Below, one piece after another: positions 58,558 to 64,000 of a stretch of 64,000 nucleotides of DNA. The translations under genes and the position numbers were made by a program. Positions within the stretch are counted from its first letter, which is position 1. The number at the start of each line of letters is the position of its first letter. The notes below the pieces were generated by a model. That model was not told where the DNA came from. It ran no database searches and saw only the letters and a program-made list of their open reading frames with translations. This DNA is from an uncultured Candidatus Saccharibacteria bacterium (GTDB lineage: Bacteria; Patescibacteriota; Minisyncoccia; Phycocordibacterales; UBA918): positions 34,657 through 98,656 of the forward strand of contig CAZKFF010000006.1 of assembly GCA_964552045.1 (NCBI GenBank), given 5' to 3'.

Positions 58558-60372
58558 ATGTGCGGCATCTTCGGATATGTGGGACAACGGACGGCGGAGC
58601 CTCTTCTGGTGGAGGGATTGCGGACGCTTGAATACCGCGGCTACGACTCCGCGGGTATCTTTGTCCCCGGGTACGGGGCGGTGAAGGCGGTCGGGCCCAT
58701 AGACAATCTCGTTGCAGCGATCACACAGACCATCGGCGGCACCTCAGGCATTGCGCATACGCGCTGGGCCACGCATGGGGAGCCGACACAAAAGAATGCG
58801 CACCCGCATCGGGACGCAAGCGGACAGATCTGGATGGTGCACAACGGCATTATTGAAAATTACCGGACATTGAAAGAAGGGTTGCGCGCACGGGGGATCT
58901 CGTTTGAGTCGGATACTGATACTGAGGTGCTCGTGAAGCTCATCGGAACGCTCTACTCAGGCGATCTTAAGGCAGCCGTGCTCTCGGCACTTCGCATGGT
59001 CAGCGGCACATATGGCCTTGCGGTCATGAGCGAACGCGAACCCGGCGTGATCGTCGTCGGACGCATGGGCAGTCCGATCGTACTCGGCATCGGCACCGAG
59101 GGTCATTTTGTCTCTTCCGATCCTTCGGCGCTTCTTGCGCATACCAAGGACGTTGTGTACCTCGATGACGGAGAAATTGCGGTCATCACCAAAGATGCGT
59201 ACAGCATCAGCTCACTGGAGGGACAGCTGCGGCAGAAAGCTCCTGAAAAAGTGGCGTGGGATCTGGAATTGGCCCAAAAGCAGGGATATGAGCACTTTAT
59301 GCAGAAGGAGATATTTGAAGCGCCTGAGGTCATCGAGAATACCATCCGGGGGAGGCTCCTCTTAGACAAGGGCCGGGCAAAGCTCGGAGGCCTCGAAAGC
59401 GTGCTCGATGCGCTTGCTTCGCTCAACCGCCTGCAGATAGTGGGCTGCGGTTCTGCGTATTACGCCGGGCATGTCGGACGATATCTGCTTGAGGAATACG
59501 CTGGACTGCCCACAGAGGTCGAGCTTGCGAGCGAATACCGCTATAAACGTAATCTGCCCGACAAGAAGAGCGCGGTCCTTGCCGTGTCACAGTCCGGCGA
59601 GACAGCCGACACGCTCGCTTCGGTCAGATCGGCGCAAAAGCAGGGACTCCTAACGCTCGGCATCATCAACGCCGTTGGATCGACTATTGCCCGGGAAACC
59701 GATGCTGGTGTGTACAATCATGCCGGGCCCGAGGTTGCGGTCGCCTCGACAAAAGCATTCATCTCGCAGTTGACGGTTTTCATCCTTTTGACGCTCCTTA
59801 TCGGACGCGAACGGGGCATGTCACAGCAGGACGGAATGGACATTGCCCAAGCGCTTGCATCGCTGCCTGATGTGCTGCGGGGGGTGCTTGCGCATGCAGA
59901 CGAGATCAGAAGCATGGCGGTAAAGTATGCAGCTTCCAAAGATATGATATTTATCGGGAGGAAGTTTCATACACCGATCGCGTATGAGGGATCGCTCAAA
60001 CTCAAGGAAGTGGCGTATATCCATGCTGAGGCATACGCGGGCGGGGAGCTCAAGCATGGGCCGATCGCTATGCTTGATGCCGATTTTCCGGTTGTCGCGC
60101 TTGCTCCCCAAGATGACGTCTATGAAAAGATGATCTCGAACATTGAGGAGGTCAGAGCGCGCAAAGCGCCAGTCTTAGCATTTGGCACAGTAGGCGATTC
60201 CCATCTGTCGTCTTTGGCATCAGATACTATTTTCATGCCCAAGGTGCACCCGATCATCCAGCCGATTATTTCAACCGTGCTGCTCCATCTTTTTGCATAC
60301 TATGTCGGGACTGCTCGGGAGCTCAATGTCGATCGTCCGCGCAATCTCGCGAAATCCGTCACGGTTGAGTAG
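58558..60372 (+). CDS. glmS: Glutamine-fructose-6-phosphate aminotransferase
   Basis: MCGIFGY N-terminal Cys, two SIS domains, C-terminal ..VDRPRNLAKSVTVE. Confidence 0.95.
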   Translation: MCGIFGYVGQRTAEPLLVEGLRTLEYRGYDSAGIFVPGYGAVKAVGPIDNLVAAITQTIGGTSGIAHTRWATHGEPTQKNAHPHRDASGQIWMVHNGIIENYRTLKEGLRARGISFESDTDTEVLVKLIGTLYSGDLKAAVLSALRMVSGTYGLAVMSEREPGVIVVGRMGSPIVLGIGTEGHFVSSDPSALLAHTKDVVYLDDGEIAVITKDAYSISSLEGQLRQKAPEKVAWDLELAQKQGYEHFMQKEIFEAPEVIENTIRGRLLLDKGRAKLGGLESVLDALASLNRLQIVGCGSAYYAGHVGRYLLEEYAGLPTEVELASEYRYKRNLPDKKSAVLAVSQSGETADTLASVRSAQKQGLLTLGIINAVGSTIARETDAGVYNHAGPEVAVASTKAFISQLTVFILLTLLIGRERGMSQQDGMDIAQALASLPDVLRGVLAHADEIRSMAVKYAASKDMIFIGRKFHTPIAYEGSLKLKEVAYIHAEAYAGGELKHGPIAMLDADFPVVALAPQDDVYEKMISNIEEVRARKAPVLAFGTVGDSHLSSLASDTIFMPKVHPIIQPIISTVLLHLFAYYVGTARELNVDRPRNLAKSVTVE

Positions 60373-60390
60373 CACCGCCTGGCGGTATAG

Positions 60391-60786
60391 TCAGTTGACC
60401 CTATCGGTGAATACGAACGTCCGGTTGGCGCTGAAGTTCCAGAAAACGACGATAACGAGGGTCAGCATTTTTGCATAGATGTAGTAGAGCCCGAAGTAAT
60501 CTATGAAGAGCCGCAAAAACACGAGCGTGAGGATGAGGCCGACGAGCGCCACCAAAAGAAAGAACAGATACTGTTGCTTTATTTTGCGCGATGTGTCTTT
60601 GAAGGTGAAGCATTTGTTGAGTATGTAGCCGTTGAGCGAAGCAACGATAAGCGATACGGCAGCAGCCGGGTAGACGGGGAACTGGAAGAATTCCACGAGC
60701 ACATAGAGGATACCCACATCAATTGAAGAGCTGATAGCGCCGACAATACAAAAAGCGACAAACGAACTCAGCAACAATCTGGACAT
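60391..60786 (-). CDS. GtrA-family membrane protein (polysaccharide synthesis/flippase-associated)
   Basis: 4 TM, GtrA-like; start reassigned to ATG 60786 (MSRLLLSS). Confidence 0.65.
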   Translation of the reverse strand: MSRLLLSSFVAFCIVGAISSSIDVGILYVLVEFFQFPVYPAAAVSLIVASLNGYILNKCFTFKDTSRKIKQQYLFFLLVALVGLILTLVFLRLFIDYFGLYYIYAKMLTLVIVVFWNFSANRTFVFTDRVN

Positions 60787-60835
60787 CCATGTAGTATATA
60801 CTAGGGTATGCGCTTCGTGCATGTCCCTACAGACA

Positions 60836-62389
60836 ATGACTGAACAAACCCCGAAAACTAAAAAAGCGGTGATCATCGGAGCCGGACCCGCGGGACTCAC
60901 TGCCGCACTGGAGCTGCTCCGTCATACGGATATCGTACCTATCGTTCTCGAAAAAAGTGATTCGCTCGGCGGCATCTCCCGCACCGTGCAGTTTGGGGAG
61001 AATCGGATGGACATCGGCGGCCACCGTTTCTTCTCAAAGTCAGACAAAGTGGTGTCCTGGTGGCTTGATGTGCTGCCGCTCCAGAAGGGAAGCGACCAGA
61101 ACAGTGCGCTTTCGTATCAGAACAGGACGCATGTACTTGCAGACGCTCCGACAGCAGCAGACGGGAATACCGACGATGTCATGCTTGTGCGCCGGAGAAA
61201 GTCGCGTATCTTCTACGATGGCAAGTTCTATGATTATCCGGTTGTGCTTTCGTGGGCAACACTGCGGAATCTCGGCTTCATTAAAATGGTGAAGATAGCA
61301 TACAGCTATGCCAAGAGCCTTCTTTTCCCCATACGGGAGGAAAAGACACTCGAGGATTTTTTTATCAACCGCTTCGGATACGAACTCTATCTGACCTTCT
61401 TCAAGACCTATACTGAGAAAGTGTGGGGATTGCCGTGCACCCAGCTCGGCGTTGACTGGGGCAGGCAGCGGGTCAAAAGCCTTTCGGTCGGGAAAGCTGT
61501 CCTTAACAGCTTCCTCCGCCTGTTTCGGAAAGCGAACATTAGTCAAAAGAACGTTGAGACATCACTCATTGAGTATTTCTTATACCCGAAATATGGCCCC
61601 GGGCATCTCTGGGAGGTGGTGGCCGGTACCGTGAAGGAAAAGGGCGGCACGCTCATCACCAACGCCGAGGTGGTGAAGGTCGAAAATAGCGATGCACGCG
61701 TCAGTTCCGTTACCTACCGTACTACCGCAACGGGAGAGGAGCACACGCTTGAGGCTGATTATTTCTTCTCCACCATGCCGATCCCTGAACTGTTCGCAGC
61801 GTTCACGCACACGCCGAGCCAGGAGGCGTACGACGTCGCGCGCCGTCTGGCCTTCCGTGATTTCGTCACCGTCGGCGTACTGCTCGAGGATGTCCGTCTG
61901 CGCGAGCTTACGGACAACTGGATCTATATCCATGACCCGGAAGTGCAGGTGGGGCGCATCCAGCTGTTCCGCAACTGGAGTCCGTACATGGTACAGACCC
62001 AAGACGCGCACGTGCTCGGCATGGAATATTTCTGCAATGAGACTGATCCGCTGTGGCACATGTCCGATGAAGCCATTGCCGCATTAGCCTCGCGTGAGCT
62101 TGCGCATATAGGCCTTGCGACAGAAAAGCCCCTTGCATACCACGTGGAAAAGGTACCCAAGGCGTACCCGGTCTATGCGGGAGCGTACTCACATTTCGAT
62201 AGTGTGAAAAAATATCTCAACGGCATCGCCAATCTGTATCCCATTGGCCGCAACGGCATGCACCGATACAATAACCAGGACCATTCCATGCTCACTGCCA
62301 TGGCCTCAGTGGAGGCCATCTTGGGAACCTATCCCAAGGAAAAGGTCTGGGATATAAACACGGAAGAGGATTATCATGAAGAGAAATAA
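60836..62389 (+). CDS. FAD/NAD(P)-binding oxidoreductase (amine-oxidase/UDP-galactopyranose-mutase-like)
   Basis: [16 protein letters not shown] dinucleotide-binding motif; glycan-cluster context. Confidence 0.65.
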   Translation: MTEQTPKTKKAVIIGAGPAGLTAALELLRHTDIVPIVLEKSDSLGGISRTVQFGENRMDIGGHRFFSKSDKVVSWWLDVLPLQKGSDQNSALSYQNRTHVLADAPTAADGNTDDVMLVRRRKSRIFYDGKFYDYPVVLSWATLRNLGFIKMVKIAYSYAKSLLFPIREEKTLEDFFINRFGYELYLTFFKTYTEKVWGLPCTQLGVDWGRQRVKSLSVGKAVLNSFLRLFRKANISQKNVETSLIEYFLYPKYGPGHLWEVVAGTVKEKGGTLITNAEVVKVENSDARVSSVTYRTTATGEEHTLEADYFFSTMPIPELFAAFTHTPSQEAYDVARRLAFRDFVTVGVLLEDVRLRELTDNWIYIHDPEVQVGRIQLFRNWSPYMVQTQDAHVLGMEYFCNETDPLWHMSDEAIAALASRELAHIGLATEKPLAYHVEKVPKAYPVYAGAYSHFDSVKKYLNGIANLYPIGRNGMHRYNNQDHSMLTAMASVEAILGTYPKEKVWDINTEEDYHEEK

Positions 62390-63947
62390 TGCGATCGTTC
62401 TGGGCATATGCATTGTCGTGACGCTGTTTTCGCTGAGCTTCAGATGGGAATCCATCGTAACGCCGCGCGCATTCGACTACGAGTGGCATACTTCAACGGT
62501 GCTCCGGCATCTGGAGATATGGTATGAGGACGGCGGGTTCACGCATCATTTTGTGCCGGCAGTGACTTATTCCGGAGCAGCGAACAAGCACATCAACAAT
62601 CATTCCTCAATCGAAGTCGGGCGTATGGGCTACAGCGACGGAGCGGGAAATTACTACTATGTGTCGTACCCTCCTTTTGCGTACCTGGCTCCGTATGCAC
62701 TGTTTGCCGCAACCGGGATTGAACCCAATATCGTCGGGCTGCGTCTCTTCAATATCCTCGTGCAGATAGCAACTGCAGGTCTGCTTCTGTTCCTGCTCTA
62801 CAGGATGACCAAAAATCCTTACGTCGGACTTATCGGTTACTGTCTCTACCTCTTCACCGGCATATCGCTGTATATGCACACAGTGAACTATATGTCAGAC
62901 ATGTTCGTGCAGGTCCTGTTCGTGCTTGCGGGCCTCCTGTTCTATGAGATTGTGACTGCCAAAGGACAGGAGCAAACAGGGAAGTATATCGCTCTGGGTG
63001 CTACGCTGGCGCTGGCCGTGTACAGTGAATGGATCGGTCTCTTCATGTGCGCGGCGGTCTTCTTCTTTGCGGTCGCACGCACGCGTGAACGATACGCTCG
63101 TCCCTTTTTGTTGATGAGCATGAGTATACCTGTGGTCGTGCTCGCAGTCACTGTGCTCCAGTACGCGTCGGTTGCAGATCTCGGCTCCTTCTTTTCAGTG
63201 ATGACCGACCGGTATCTGCACGGGTATGTGCCTGCAGACACTGCGGAAGGAAGCGTCCCCCACCTGCTTGCAGCTTTGGGAAAGAATTATCTGAAATGGT
63301 TCAGTCCGCTTCTGACGTCACTCTTTCTTTTTGTGGGCTTGTTGTGGATCGGCGGCAGAAAAGCAGACAGGGAGTCTGTGATGTCGCTGCGGTTTGCCGT
63401 GCCGGTATTGTATTTCTTTACGCTGCCGGTACTCCTCCATCACGTAGTATTCCTCGATTGGTCTGCGTTTGAGATACATTTTTACTCAGTCTTGAAGACC
63501 GTCCCGCTGTTCTGCGTGCTCATCCCGCTTCTTCTGTATAAACTCTGGCTTTTAGAAACCCCGCGGCAACTGCTTATCCGTGTCATTGCAGCCTGTCTGT
63601 TCTTCGTGGTCATTGCCGGGTCGCTTACTATCTATGCTATGGATCTCCGCTCGCGCTTCACTGCCGATCGGTTCGAGTACTGCAATATGGGCGAAGCGAT
63701 ACGCGACCGGACAGCGCCGGACGAGGTTGCATTTCTGGCCCCCGTCGATCCTGAACGGTTCAATGACATCATCTCTTCGGTTGTGATCCTCTGCGCGCAC
63801 CGCAACGTTGCCCTCTATGAGGACAGAGAGCAGGCGAGCGAACTCATGCGCAAGAATGGCACGACCAAAGGCGTACTCTTCATGATCGATCACCGCAAGA
63901 ACGTGATCGAATTCGTCAAATCAGAGAAAATAACCGCTGTGCAATAG
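62376..63947 (+). CDS. GT-C fold membrane glycosyltransferase (ArnT/PMT-like)
   Basis: Polytopic, ~12 TM, large protein in a cluster with GtrA and the FAD oxidoreductase. Confidence 0.55.
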   Translation: MKRNNAIVLGICIVVTLFSLSFRWESIVTPRAFDYEWHTSTVLRHLEIWYEDGGFTHHFVPAVTYSGAANKHINNHSSIEVGRMGYSDGAGNYYYVSYPPFAYLAPYALFAATGIEPNIVGLRLFNILVQIATAGLLLFLLYRMTKNPYVGLIGYCLYLFTGISLYMHTVNYMSDMFVQVLFVLAGLLFYEIVTAKGQEQTGKYIALGATLALAVYSEWIGLFMCAAVFFFAVARTRERYARPFLLMSMSIPVVVLAVTVLQYASVADLGSFFSVMTDRYLHGYVPADTAEGSVPHLLAALGKNYLKWFSPLLTSLFLFVGLLWIGGRKADRESVMSLRFAVPVLYFFTLPVLLHHVVFLDWSAFEIHFYSVLKTVPLFCVLIPLLLYKLWLLETPRQLLIRVIAACLFFVVIAGSLTIYAMDLRSRFTADRFEYCNMGEAIRDRTAPDEVAFLAPVDPERFNDIISSVVILCAHRNVALYEDREQASELMRKNGTTKGVLFMIDHRKNVIEFVKSEKITAVQ

Positions 63948-64000
63948 CGCGGCAAACGCTAGCATTTTCCAGTTTTTTTGGTACTATATGGCGCACGTTT

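Overview
This window reads as a compact, small-genome bacterial chromosome segment of about 52% GC, and I infer it is CPR/Patescibacteria-like. Reasons: no secretin gene in the pilus locus, an N-terminally short RF2, a reduced RNase P RNA, many small hypothetical membrane proteins, and tRNAs mostly without encoded CCA.

- **1-12.3 kb:** a partial comF on the minus strand, then a complete secretin-less type IV pilus locus (pilM-N-O, a small membrane ORF, pilB, a single-domain response regulator, pilT, pilC, two tandem major-pilin paralogs, pilD, four minor pilins).
- **12.3-16.1 kb:** housekeeping genes ligA and gatC-gatA.
- **16.1-18.9 kb:** an island-like stretch with a membrane-anchored HEPN-like protein, an initiator-like tRNA-Met with an inverted copy of its own 3' end, a GC-rich spacer, and a translationally coupled E2(UBC-like)-E1(ThiF-like) gene pair. 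This pair is the most interesting candidate system in the window.
- **18.9-28.6 kb:** tandem sugar-nucleotidyltransferase paralogs, convergent tRNA pairs, prfB, ftsEX, pyrG.
- **28.6-47 kb:** transporters, cspA-like gene, rnpB (RNase P RNA), O-antigen-ligase/TPR protein, murJ, lepA.
- **47-54.9 kb:** another tRNA cluster with an AT-rich inserted gene, then valS, tsaD and a DHH phosphoesterase.
- **54.9-64 kb:** an ePK-like kinase, tsaC, an ABC exporter, glmS and a glycan-modification cluster (GtrA, FAD oxidoreductase, GT-C membrane glycosyltransferase).

Recurring non-genic signals are partial duplicates of tRNA 3' ends 30-250 bp downstream of at least five tRNA genes, very long perfect palindromic terminators, a dispersed 15-16 nt motif TTAGTAACTCGTGACC in six copies, and a GC-rich hairpin-dense 450-bp block next to tRNA-Val.
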